Assembly (NCBI RefSeq): GCF_037042905.1
Contig: NC_087245.1
Location: forward strand, 37,140,001-37,204,000
DNA: 64,000 bases
DNA from: Lytechinus pictus
Lineage: Eukaryota
Direction of reading: 5' to 3'
A program made the translations under genes and the position numbers. Below, piece after piece: positions 27,001 through 40,344 of this stretch (position 1 is the stretch's first letter; every line of letters begins with the position of its first letter). A model generated the notes under the pieces. The model had not been told where the DNA came from and did not search any database. It worked only from the letters and a program-made list of their open reading frames with translations.

Positions 27001-28439
27001 CCCTTTCTTTCTGTTCCTCCTTTCCCCTTCTCTCTCCCGCCTTACCCTTGGATGTGGGGGAAAAGAGTGAACTTCAGGAAATGCAAATGCGAATAAACCT
27101 GATCAAACAATTACTTCAGCAAAGGAAAAAAACTTCCAATTATCTTCAGATCCAAAACTTCTTGTGACAGAAACACTTAAAAACTTTATCCAAACTAGAT
27201 ATATATCCGTTAGCACTGCCAATTTATAGTAATAGGCCTATTTATTCTTGAATTGTAAATTCTATATGTTATCCATGTATTCTTTAAAATGCATTGATAA
27301 TTATTCGAGAATACAAATTAAATGTGTGACAAACTATACAGGACTTTGTCAGTAATCTTCAAATTAAAAACCAAAATCGAAATCATTTCCACAAAACTGC
27401 ATTTTATGAAGTTCACTTTTTGAAAATAAAATAATATCCTGCCCTAGTTTTAACTGAAACTATACTCGGAATGTTGCAAACTGGGTCAATAACCACTGTG
27501 CCTTTAATTCCTATTTTGGATCATGGAAACACTTTGAAACTACCAGTAAATGAAATTTGCTCATTTGGTGGATATTGAAATATTTCATCTCACAAAAAGC
27601 CAAGGAATAGTTGCCATGGTATCATAATTTTTTAATTTTTAAAAGGAGGAAAAGTTTGGCCTAAATATCAATCCATTTTGCAACATTTTATCCAGAGTCC
27701 TAAATATGGGATGGGGGTTCGATGACTCATTGAGACTTGCACATCGATGGAAAGTATTTTGGTGAAAAGGATGGCAAACATAATACCATTGAAGAGGATA
27801 AATTTCCCCAACTTGTTGGCAAGAGGATTTTTTAGGATGTCCACTTTTCGGGGGGGGGGGGGTGTTTTTTTTATCAATGTGCAAATCTCAATGGGGGAGG
27901 GGATTATCCTGACCTGCTGCAAGCCAAAAAATGACATTACCTTCAAAGTACTGTATACGCTGAAATTCTTTAATACATGTAAGCATTTCACCAATTTATT
28001 AAGTCGCAAATTTGCCACTTATACGGCGCAAAAAAAAGGTAATCCAAATGTGAGGGCTGATGAAGAAAAGATTAATGAAAAATATTTTAAAAAATAATAA
28101 ATTCTAGGCATTCTACTGACACAGTACATTTGTCACTGAATAAATCTTTATCAAAGTGACTCGCCTATAAAAGGCATGTGAAAGTGAAAGTCTTAAATTT
28201 GGAAATGATGGAAATTATGCAGTGATTAACGTCTGCCCCACTATATTTGGATTACCTACTACACGTTGTACAATGCCCATTAGAAACCTAAAAAGCTACA
28301 GATTACAGAAACGATGTCAGCTTTGGCTTGCAGAAGGGGCGGGGCCACTAGCGTAAATCCTTGCGTCGCACCTATAGATCATCCCCCGAACAATAGGTGG
28401 GACGCAAGAATTTACACTAGTGGGCGGGCAGATCACAAC

Positions 28440-28783
28440 TGGTGCCTGTTTCATAAAGCTGTTCGTAAGTTAAGAGCAACTTTAATAACGACTGGTGATC
28501 CTTTCTTGTGGTAAATGGTATATTCATTGATGGTTAAGTGCATAAGGAAGGGTCACCAGTCATTCTGAAAGTCACTCTTAACTTAAGAACAGCTTTATGA
28601 AACGGCCCCCAGGCGTGTGTTTCATAAAGTTGTTCGTAAGTTAAGCGCAACTTTAAGGACGACTGGTGATCCTTTCTTGTGGTAAATGGTATATTCATTG
28701 ATGGTTAAGTGCATAAGAAAGGATCACCAGTCGTTCTTAAGTTGCTCTTAACTTATGTAAAGCTTTATGAAACGGCCCCCCAG
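28440..28783. mobile_element. Two head-to-tail palindromic MITEs (PIF/Harbinger-like, CWG flanks); third copy at 35220-35395
   Basis: tttcataaagctgttcgtaag ... cttaagaacagctttatgaaacggcccc, each bounded by ctg/cag. Confidence 0.8.
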
Positions 28784-29004
28784 ATATCAAAAGGGCGGGA
28801 AGATGACAGTAGATAAAAGGGGTGTGGATATCGCATCAGATGATAAAAGGGGGCAGGGAGATTGCAATAACTTAAGGGGTGGGGCAAGTCCTTTTCTGAG
28901 CGACACTTCACAGATACTCCATGTGCACAAATACAAATGAAAAGCAAGAATTATTTTCCAAATGGTTTATTCAAATAGTTAAAAAAAATTGATTAAAAAA
29001 AAAT

Positions 29005-32000
29005 GACCAGCAGCCAAGAAGACCCATCCAAGTTAGGAGGTTACCATAGCAACTGACCTTGATTTGAAGGAGCAAGCCCTAACCCTCACAAAACGGCCGC
29101 CAGTCTGAGCTGGAGTCTCCTTGTCAAACTCACACAATACATGACATCACCACCAATTGTCCTATTTTTAAGTGTGCAGGGCGGGGCACTGGACACTGCC
29201 GTGCATGACATACCACATCCTTAATGTAGGTGCTCTATTGACAACTTCAATGATACTTTGTGCAGCCAAGTGTATGAGAGACAATGGATTGATTTTCAAC
29301 CCCCCCCCCACCCTTTCTCTTTCTTGCCATATGAATCAAATTGTTAATCTCCTTTGTAGTCTTTTTATTCACCCTAGAACAAAGCCATCTAATTTCCTTT
29401 CATCTGCCCCCCTCCTATTCCCCTCTCTTCTTTATACAGCTTTACCAGTTAATCCACTGATTGTGGTATCTCCATACCTCCCTGTGCTATCCATCTCGGG
29501 GAGTGTTTCACAGAGATTTCTGTCAGTGACTTTCACCAACAGATGTTATAAGCTACTGAAAATTCTTGCATCTGATTGGCTGAGAGCTAATTAGTGAAAA
29601 TCACTGACAAACCTCTCCATGAAATGCTCCCCATACCTGCCAACCTACCTTCATTTCACACTATATCAACATTGACATACATGACTGATATCTAAAATGT
29701 TCTAAATAATTTCATTAAACCGTATTGTTTGTCCAAATATTTTTCATTTTAAATAAATGTATCATTGCATATTTTTTAATTATCATTTTTACTTCCATTT
29801 CAATTTATTTTGTATTTATCTATTTTATTTATTATTATTATCATTATTACTATTTAGTTATTTATTTACTTATTTTTTGTTATTATCATTATTATTTATC
29901 TATTTACTTATTTTTTAAATTTTTTTATTATCATTATTAAAAAAAAAAAAATGGGGGGGGGGGCTATTATTTTCAGATAAGCAGCATCCTGAGAAATTCA
30001 GGAGTATTAGAACAATTTTGCAAATAAATGCACCGTTTTTCTGTACATAATACAATTGTTTATATGAACTTCAATGAACACTGCATTTTTGGTTGATTTT
30101 TAGAAATAAACCAATAGGGAAAACAAACATCTGATGTTTTTTTTCTTTTGTTTTGTTTTGCTTTCTTTGTTTTCATTGTTTCCCCTTCATTTATTCACCA
30201 CCATACCAGAACCAAATGGTTTGCGTATGCATCCATCACTTCTTCCACAGAAATTTTGAGAGATAGAGCTATTGCATTCAGAATGATAAGATATTGTGAA
30301 TCTAGATCTAACAGGTTGAACCCTCAAGATAGACTCGTCCTGAGGAAGTGCACTTTATATCCCACAATGCACCCTCAATCATCACATTACAATGCATGTT
30401 CCCTAGTAGTGAAGTGCAATGTCAAATTTATGAGACGGCATCCGATAAATATCCATAACTCTTTCCAGAATGGATGTAGGAAACACTTTCTTCAGTCGAA
30501 AGATGATTAAGAAGGAATTTCAGAAGCAGCACCAGACAAAAATTTCCACAGCTCCTTTCAGACTTGACGTAGGAATCTTTAGGCAAAAGTGAAAGCCAAC
30601 TGTAACAATCTTCCAGAAGGAATGTCAAATTTCAAGGACAGCAACAAATAGAATTTCAAAAACTTGTACCAGACCGATGTCGGAAACCATTGTAACAATC
30701 TAGTAGAAGCCTTTCAATTACACCTCATCAAAACTGGGTCATGCTAGAGGGCCCCTTCGTCCTTGACACAATTATCGATCCATGTGAGAATGTTGCCGAG
30801 GCTATTCAAGGTACGACAATCCAATACAATAACATGGTCAAGTCTCGAAGACTCATTCGCCCTAACTTCATCATTGTGATGACACCATGTGCGGATGCTG
30901 ATGAGGCTCTTCAAGGAATTACAAGCATCATTCATTGATCACCATGATCAGAACTCTCGGGTCTCGAAGAGATATCCCAGTCTGGCTCCTTCCTGAAGGC
31001 AATGTTGCAATCCTCTACGATTAGGTTCGTCTGAATATCAGCTCTGGTTTGGACCGAATAAATTTTTCAAAGCACAGCAGAGAGATAATGCACATTTGAG
31101 AGAGGACCAGATCAACCAAGTCAGATATGCCAAGTTCTATCAAATACCTCAATAAATACAGCAACCCATTTTGAATTCAGCCAAGTGAATGAATGCAATT
31201 CTCATTCCCTGGGGAAAACTACTGGGTGATGCAATGATTAAACAACGATGGAAAGAATGGAAAATGGAGAATTCAGGGGCCTGTTTCATAAAGGATTTGC
31301 AACTGTTGTAACTTTGCCATAATGGCATCTACCATGGTAACTGGGCTCAGCAGCCAATCAGAATCAAGGTTACCATGGTAGTTGCAATAATGACAAAGTT
31401 ACCACAGCTGCAAGTCCTTTATGAAAAGGGTCCCAGAATGTTGAGAATCTGGTGGATCACTGCCTCACCCACAGACTGAAATGTGGATGAATTCCAGAGT
31501 CCAGATGGCAATACGCAGACAGCAAGAGCCATGCAGATCAAAATGCTGTAATGTTTACCAAACAATGCAAGGATCATCATCATTTAGACCACCTGTAAGG
31601 CACCATGTATTCGAGTAAAACAATCAAAGACACAGACCCCTCATCTGATGCCACCATTTGAATTACTAACTGATAGTATGCCACCTGCATGATGTTTTGA
31701 AGAGCAATGGATACCAACAAATAGGTTGAAAAAAAAATCAGATTCTCAAACACCAAATACAAAAATGTCACATGCAATTGAATCATTACTCCCCGAAAGT
31801 CAGCAGACCTCTCTTCAAACATAGGTCACCAGTTCCTCTCTTAGCTTGTTTGTAGTGCAAACCGATTCTTGATGGACCTTGATCACTGCCACTAAGCCCA
31901 AAGCCGTCTTGGCTAAACTGCTCCATCAAATATATTTGACAAACCTGAAAAATGCCCAAAACAAAGGGTCAACTAGAAACACTAGAGCGGGCAAGGCTTG

Positions 32001-33265
32001 AAAAGTAAATAGCAAATGCTGGCAAGATAGACATAAAATTTTGACATTGCACTTCTAAAACTAGGTTCCAGACTAACTTGTCTTGTAGTGATTGGAGGCG
32101 AAGTTGTGGAAAACCATTGAAGCACACAATCCCCATAAAAAGGTTTAACTTTTTATCCAAATTTTAATATAAAAGACAAAAGATTTGTCTCTATGTTTTC
32201 ATGTTTTTGTCTTTTTTTTGCAGACGAACCAATATTGAGAAGCCACCTTCATCACAATATCATTATCATCCAACACAGGTCTGGCTAGATCTCTCGCATT
32301 CTGTGTTTACATCATGGATACACACTCGGCATTTTTGAAAAAAAAATTAGGTTCATGGTGAATGGGGATTGGACCAAACATTTAGAAAAAATAATTCCAA
32401 TTAGTCCGTCCAAAAAAAATAATAGGTACAGAAAAAGGGATATGATTTATTGCAAAATAATTCACGCTGCTCTATCATATCTAGGCAACTAATAAAAAGA
32501 TAATATCATAGTCTGGAAACATATATCAATTTCCTTTTAAATGATTGCTTTGTCATATTAGCAAATTATTATATCAGTCATGGCAGATGTTGCAACAGTG
32601 TGAAACAAAGATTTTAGAACAGCAGCTAGAGTGGATAGTACTGGGAGGTATATGAAGAAAGACGGCAATCAATGGATCAACAGATAATGCAAGTATTACA
32701 TTGTAGAAGAGGAGAGGGGAAAGTTAAACAGGAGGGGAGGAGAGCAATGGGGAGTTTTTTAAGTCCCTACAAATTCATCAAAATTGCTTTCAGGGATGGT
32801 ATCGTTTTTATAGATTTTCATGAAAAGAATTTCATTCCAAAGATTAAAGAGAACGGCGTGAATTTGAAAAGTGTGATTGAGGCTTAATGTAAATAAAAGC
32901 CCAGTGTGGGTAATAATGCTGCCCAATATTTCCAAACTAATGAATATCTTCAGTAATAACTGCTGGAAAATCATGTACATTGTCTCCCATACTCTCGGCT
33001 ACACAAAATATCATTGAAATCATCAATAAAGCACTTACATTATGGAAGCTGTATGCCATGCACAGCAGTGTCAAGTGCCCTCCTCTGCACGCTGAAAAAT
33101 AGATCTCACGGTAGTGACATCACATATTGTGCAATTCTGACAGGAAGATCCCAGCTTAAACCAGACAGGGAGCCATGTTTGTGAGGTGTCGGGCCTGCCA
33201 CCATCAATCAATGAGGTCAACTGCCATGGTCCTCCAACTTGAACAAATCTTCTTGGCTGCTGGTC
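29005..33265. other. ~4.2-kb diverged fold-back (inverted duplication), candidate long hairpin RNA
   Basis: Nested inverted anchors: 29005-29286 vs 32978-33265, ~29400-29495 vs ~32630-32750, ~30220-30340 vs ~32225-32330, gaagtgcaatgtcaaa 30411 vs 32039-32054, ~30980-31020 vs ~31075-31112; centre near 31045. Confidence 0.8.
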
Positions 33266-33338
33266 TTACAGTTTTGTTCAAGAAAGAAAAGTAAAATCAT
33301 GAATACAAATCAAGTAGTACAGACAATCGTACACTGTA

Positions 33339-35042
33339 AGGCAGGTCCAAGCTATCTGACATTACATGCGACAAACGAGACAAATCACAGGAGTGCTTCA
33401 CAAAGATGAAAGTATGACTACAAATTGTTTTTTAATATTCACTTGTTTGGAAAATGAAATACAAAAACTTCATTAGTTGGATCATGCTCAGAGAACGTGC
33501 TCTTCTCTGTATGAATCAATGAAGCTCCCCATTACATATCATGTGCATAATATAGCATGAATTTGAGACTGATTTTAGCTACTTGTGAAACACTTCTGGG
33601 AATTGTCTCGATAGTGCCATATACAGAGCTGCTAACCTACATTGTGAAAAAAAATCCTATTATTTATTTATTTTTATCTTATCGTCAAGCCTTCAATCTT
33701 ATTTTTCTTTAAACTTTTGAGAAAACGAAGCATACTAAAAACTATCATTCTTACAAGTTTCAAAAATCGTATTTCTAGGGGAAAACCTTATTTAGTGTCG
33801 ATTTCCCCTTAAAAATCCTATTAATCATTTAGGACAAAATCCTACTAATTGGCAACTCTGCATATACTTTTCAAATATCCAAAACAATCTGATAATTTAT
33901 ATTTAAGTACTTCCTTAACAGGCCTAAATACTCTTGGACTTTTTACTCAACAAAGAGAAAAGCACATAACTGGCACCATATGTTAATGGGAGTATGAAAA
34001 AATTAGAAAAAATCTACATGCACATGGATCATTAACTCCATGCAATCAAATGTTACACCCCGCCAGTGCCAGACCGAGAATATATTGCAAACTATCAAAT
34101 CTTCTTTCAAATAATGACCTATGTGACATTTGACCCTGCTGCGCAGGAGAGTGAAAATTTTGTGCTGAAAATTTCTACGACAAGTAGGTCCAGGGTAAAA
34201 AACCAGAGATAAAACTCGAAACGGTGAAAACTCTGGAAAACCTTTGGATCCACTTTTGCAGACTAGTCAACACAAAATAATCACAAATCACAACTTCGCC
34301 GAGAGAAAATTACAAACTACCTTAAAGCCTGTTTTTAGTCTTGGTAAATCCACCAAAATGTCACTATGGTAATTTCAATTCATTACTAGACTATATGAAT
34401 GTGTATGCCCTAAAAATTTCAGATGTGGAGGCTATGAAATAAAAATGAGTTTTAATAGGGGAAAAAATTGTCATTTTACATGTACATGACAATGCATTTT
34501 GATTGGGTGCCCGGTCAAAGTAAACTATGAGGTTTATATATTTGTTAACCTATTCAAAATCATGGACTGGACTGAAGATTTTAGGACATAATCTTTGACT
34601 GTAGCTCCTTGATAATAAATCCCTAAATTTGTAAGACTAAATGTTCAAAGAGCCCTTTTATAGGTACACAAAATATCACTGATAGAGGGCACTAGACATG
34701 TTTGGTTTGAATATTCAAATTGTCCGAGAATTGGGGGTTGAAAAAAAAGATAAATCAGCTACTACAAAGTCTTAGAATTGAAATGTAGGATGATCAAGTA
34801 TAATTCACATTTTTTAGTCTTTTCCAAAACTGAAGAGAGGCTTTTTAACCACAAATACTCAGCCTAATTCTAAATCAAAATTCAAAGACTCAAAATACTT
34901 GCAAATCATTTCTAACCAATGCACAACTTATTGACTCCTACATGTAGTAACCATGGCTAACAGAGTTTGCATCTACTAATGAAATAACTGATAATTCTGA
35001 TGTTTTAACTGTAAGCAAAGAGAAAATAGCTTGGACCCGCTC
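33339..35042. mobile_element. Non-autonomous TIR element related to 44887-46386
   Basis: ggcaggtccaagctat ... atagcttggacccgctc. Confidence 0.55.
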
Positions 35043-36773
35043 CTGCTACACAAAAGTCTACATAAAAAATATAAAATGGGTTCATGAATAGCAAATGCGC
35101 ATTATGTCCCATATTGGATAAAACATATATATGACTCATGGTAGATTTAATTTGATTAATGTGACAGAAATCTCCAATGTTAAATAGATATTGCCTGCAT
35201 TACGCAATGCAATATTCCAGGTGGGTGTTTCATAAAGCTGTTCGTAAGATAAGAGCGACTTTAAGAACGACTGGTGATCCTTTCTTTTGGCAAATGATAT
35301 ACACCATAGGCGATAGTTTAGCGCGTAAGAAAGGATCACCAGTCGTTCTTAAAGTCGCTCTTAACTTACGAACAGCTTTATGAAACGGCCCCCAGGAGTG
35401 TTAAATTTCCAACTTTGAAAGATCAAATTTTTTCTCTTTTTCATTTACCCTTAAAACTGTGATAATCCAAGGTCACAAAAAGGCAATAACAATGATGACC
35501 CATTGACATAAATGTATTGGTTTCCAGACAATGTGTTATCGCATGCTGACCCAATGCACTGAGCCATGCATTATTTGTATAATATTGCACTAACTTCTTC
35601 AAAGCCTTTAGTAGTCTGCAGGCAAAGACCTTTGATTTTCCACAGAATGCATGATGCAGAGTCTGAAGTAGTTAGACTACATTCACTTTTGATTGAGGGG
35701 GGGGGGGGGAGCCATGTCTGCGCACCTAAACATTTTTGATTAATATTAATCATGATTTTTCTTTATTTTCAAGAAAATTTACAGTTGAAATCTCATGAGA
35801 ATTTGAGAGAAATATACGATTTTCTTGGAAAAAACATCGGCAAGTCATTTTCAGATTAAACAAAACAATGGAGCCACATGTCTACGCGCCCATTCACTTT
35901 ACACAAGATTTCAGGGATTTTTTTTGAAAAAGGCTGCATTTGGAGGCCTTCACATGAAATGCCCCAAAATCATTGTTTTTTTAGTTAGATTTTTTAATAA
36001 ATATCTTTCTATGTATTGTAAAGTCGTGTAAAGTCGGACTATTGAAATTGAATGCGACTTGAAGGCAATTTAGACATTACTCCGACCACAGAGCATGCCG
36101 CAAAGCAAAATGATAATTTTATTATTCCTAACAATATGCCTGACTTCAAATGAAATACTTTTACTCCTTGGCACTTTCCTATTTAATGCAAAATGCGATT
36201 CATTAAAAAAACTGTGTTGTATCAGATTGCATAGTGTGCGCTTGGACTTTACTGACTTCTGTTATAAGCTACCATATTCCTTGCATCTGATTGGCTTAGA
36301 GAGAATTAGTCAGTGAAAATAACTACTTGTTCCAAGAAACATTCCCAATGGTAGCGCGCAATGGTAGGACAGTGATCTTCGTAACACAGATTCCTGTGTT
36401 TGATGCGAGGCCTAGGTCCTGATGGGCGATTCACAAAAGATAAGAGTGACTTGGAGTCATGCTTAAACGCTAGCACACGGTAGTGCACATAAAGTGCGCT
36501 ACTGACATTTAAGTGCGACTCTTAGGGGGTGTTGCAGGGAAATATTTGCAATCATTGCAAAATTGCAATGAAAAGGGTAACTTTCACTTCATTTGTGGTC
36601 CTAAAACTATCTTGCGATCAACTGCAAGTTTCTTGCAACACCCCATAAATCACACTTAAATCTTTGTGAAACACCCCCCTTCCTGGTTTCCTTGATCCTC
36701 ATGTCCAGGTCCCTCTGCAAGGATGCAAAGCCATCTGTCCTCTGGTTGACTAGCAGACATTCATCATCCTTTC

Positions 36774-36999
36774 TTAGCAGTCGGGTAAAATCAGCACCAT
36801 TACACCACGATCGGAAGACGTCCTCATAAAGAAGTTTGACAGCTGCGCGGAGCTACCATCAGAGAGGGAGCCAGGGAATCGTGGGAAGGGAATGACATCT
36901 CGTATGTGGTCCACACCAAGTAAGTACCTTAGCAGGCACTCAAACCCAAGTCCAAAGCCACCGTGGGGAACTGTTCCAAAGCGTCTTAAATCCAGATAC
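36774..36999 (-). pseudogene. NARS2: NARS2-like (mitochondrial AsnRS) terminal exon, class II motif 3 with R>C
   Basis: ctccag|G TAT CTG...; (W)[44 protein letters not shown] followed by a ~30-aa tail and TAA. Confidence 0.75.
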
Positions 37000-38384
37000 C
37001 TGGAGAAACAAAAGCAGTTATTTAATTGTTAAGCCAGGCGTACACTGCACACTCCGTTGCGATCAATGAAATTGCAATAGCACTTGATATGAAAATTCCA
37101 ACCCATAAAATCTTCACGATAAAAGTTCTGTATAATTTATGAATACTGAAATCGTAATTCCAGTATAGTTCGAGCCTCCCTGTAAAAATTAAGCAAATTC
37201 ACTTCTAATTTTTTTGCCACCAACCTATAAGACCTTTAAAATCAAAGTTCTTAATAATTTATTAATACCGAAATCAAAATTCCAGTGTAGTTTGAGGTTC
37301 CCTCTAAGAATTAAAACAAAGTCAATTCCAAATTTGCTGCCACTATTAAAATACACTGTGGACTCAATTCCGACCACAAGGCTTGCAGCAAAGCAGGATT
37401 TTTATTTCAGTACTCTTAATGGCATTGGGCTAAACTTGAAATAAGATAAGTTTAATTCTTGGAATTTTCAAATTCAATGCAAAGTGCTTTGCGTCATTCT
37501 AGATAGTGTAGTGCGAGGCAGGATCTTAGTAGTGTTGTGGCAGTGAAGGCTGGCTCATTTTCTGAAAATGTGAATGGAACATCATTTATTTGAGGTTAAA
37601 ATCAATTGAAAGAATACTAATATAACAATTTTGAAAGAATGCAAGCCTTTATTTTGGGGTAAAGGCCAAATTAGTTTCAAATCTTAGCCAAACGTATGAC
37701 TGCTATGACGTCATTGCGACTAGATATTAAATTTGCTTTTATTCTTAGAAGGATGATAGCATAGTCACAGATTTGGATATAGGTATTCGTACGATGATTT
37801 AGAACATTGCACAGTAAGATATTCCAAGTCTCAATATTTGCATCAAATTCTACTACATTTTATTCTGAAATCCGGTCGCAGACCAATCGTAAGGTGTGCG
37901 GTCGCCTTAAGAGATTATAATACCACATAGGCTAAATCCAATTGATCTACGAACAAGTTGATCTAATTGCCTCTTGATAGAACTATCATTTGGTCTAATA
38001 CTCACTTGGTCTATCTGTCCTCTAGTCCAATACCCAGATGGTCATATTTCTACTCCGTTTACCCAGACGCGGATCCAGAGGGGAGCACAGGGGGCCCCCC
38101 TTTTGATAAGAGAAATATCCTTAATTTGTGGTTGAAAACCTTTTTTTTTGCTTGTCAACTTTTTTTGGGCAAGAAATATCCTTAATTTGTGGTTGAAAAC
38201 CTTTTTTATTTTTTGGCTTGTCAAAATTTTCCTCCCACCTTTGGAAAATCCTGGATCCATCCCTGCGTTTACCTACTTTTTGCACTTTGTCAAATGAAAA
38301 TTTCGTCATAAAAAGTTTATCTAATTATACAGACTGAGTGGTTTATGGATGAAAGAGGTAGAGTAGCCTAAATGTCAACTAGAC

Positions 38385-38976
38385 TTAAAGGGATGATCGG
38401 GGCTGAAAGAATGTATAGCTTAATAAATAGAGTAGAATTCACTGAGCAAAATGCTGGAAAATTTTATCAAAATCGGATAACAAATAATAAAGTTATTGAA
38501 TTTTAAAGTTTAGCAATATTTTGTGAAAACAGTTGTCATGGATATTCATTAGGTGGGCTGATGATGTCACATATCCACTTGTTCTTTTGTATTTTATTAT
38601 ATGAAATAAGGTTTATCAACAAAAATTTCCTCTAAGAACTAGAAAAATTGGATTGACAACTGATTTAGTGCATTAGATTTTTATTGCGGCAACTTATTTC
38701 ATTATAAGGCAGACATATTATTCACACTAGTATGAAATAATGAAAACATTACGATTTTATGTAATAACAGAAGAAAACGGAAAGTGGAGATATGACATCA
38801 TCAGCCCACCTAATGAATATTCATGACGACTGTTTTCACAAAATATTGCTAAACTTTAAACTTGAATAACTTTATTATTTGTTATCCGATTTTGATGAAA
38901 TTTTTGGCATTTTGCTCAGTGAATTCTACTCTATGTTTTAAGATATAAATATTTTCAGCCCGGATCATCCCTTTAA
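38385..38976. mobile_element. Kolobok-like MITE
   Basis: TTAA-agggatgatcggggctgaaa ... tttcagcccggatcatccct-TTAA. Confidence 0.85.
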
Positions 38977-39671
38977 TGGTAAATGCACTAAAAACAATAA
39001 GAGGGCAGTAGACGAACTGGTTGTAGACCCAATGGAATATTGCTGGACCATCTAGGATGAGACCAAATAGAAAGTAGACGAATTGGATGGAGACCAAGAG
39101 GCAATTTACCCGGAAGAGCTTTTCAATATCAAGGCACGAAGTCATAAAGGTGGTTTCGAAAAAAACATTGGTTGAACCCATGGTTTTATGCAAATTTCTT
39201 GTATAAATTACACTTATTTTACTTTGTGTAATGAAAAATGTCCAATGGTGATGCACGCTTTTGCCACAGGTTCCAAATTTACGCCCGTTGTCATGGTGAG
39301 CACACTATATTATTCATGAGACCATTGCTTTGAACAGTGGACTCATCAATTCAAAACAGTGAACTTGTGAATAAAATGGAATACTTTGTTGCATAGTATG
39401 CTGCGCTGGGCTGCGTATTGCTTTTTTGGGTAGGCTTACGCTTAAAATGCAAAGGGGCCATTCCGTAAAATGATCAACCTCTTTGTACGTCTGACCCCCA
39501 TTTTTCTCAAGTCTTACTTCACTTTAAAAACTGACCATGTCATGGTCATTTGAGAGGATTAAAGACTGTCAAAAGAACAAGAAATCAGAGACATATTTTA
39601 TGGAATTGCCCAACGGCGAGAGCCAGGCTTTAGCTTCAATGTTGCTGGAACTAGGGTTTTGCCGTACATAC

Positions 39672-39802
39672 CATTGGTAATTAGAATCCTGTAGTCCCAG
39701 GTGCTTTATTCTATGTTGGAGTTCATCATGACGTTCCTCTCTTAAGCTACCACCACCGATCAACTCGCCTACTCTTGGAACCAACAGATCTACAGCTGCT
39801 GC
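39672..39802 (-). pseudogene. NARS2: NARS2-like penultimate exon
   Basis: ccccag|GCA GCA GCT GTA GAT...CAA TG|gtatgt; [44 protein letters not shown]; phase matches the terminal exon. Confidence 0.8.
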
Positions 39803-39895
39803 CTGGGGTAAAATATTGAAAAGAAATTTGTAGTCATAAAGTACTGTAGTCCCACGTGTTGTATTCTAAGCTGGAGCACATCATCATATGTATGA

Positions 39896-40343
39896 CAGTG
39901 GTCCCTAAGTCTGCGCATCTAACATTTTTAAATTAAGATTTACACAAATTTCTTTCTATTTCACAAAATCTTTCAGTTAATGATGTTCCTCATATCATTA
40001 TGAGTAAGTGTACCAAATATCTCATAAAAATTTGAAAGAAATACAGAATTTTCTTAGAAAAACCTTGGGGAGTCATTTTCAGATTGAAAAAAAAAATGGT
40101 ACCCCATGTCTGCGTACCCATTCACTTTGCACACGATTCAGAAATTTTGATAAGGCTGCATTTTGAGGCCGTCACATGAAATGCCCATAATTCATTATTT
40201 TTCCAATATTTTGAGTCAGAATTTTTTATAAATATGTTGTATTGAAATTGTAAAGTCTGTGTTCGTTGCATACCTTCTTTTACTAGAATCGCAGATACGC
40301 GTGTGCGCAGACAAGGGGGACTGCGCAGATTTGGGGGAACTTG
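39896..40343. mobile_element. MITE; related copy at ~35700-36030
   Basis: cagtggtccctaagtctgcgca / tgcgcagatttgggggaacttg. Confidence 0.55.
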
Positions 40344-40344
40344 C

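Noticed and set aside
30148..32350. Decayed protein gene or DIRS-like retroelement between inverted repeats
   Set aside because: No recognisable RT, recombinase or other domain in the frames I read; the interior is itself self-complementary, so it is part of the fold-back
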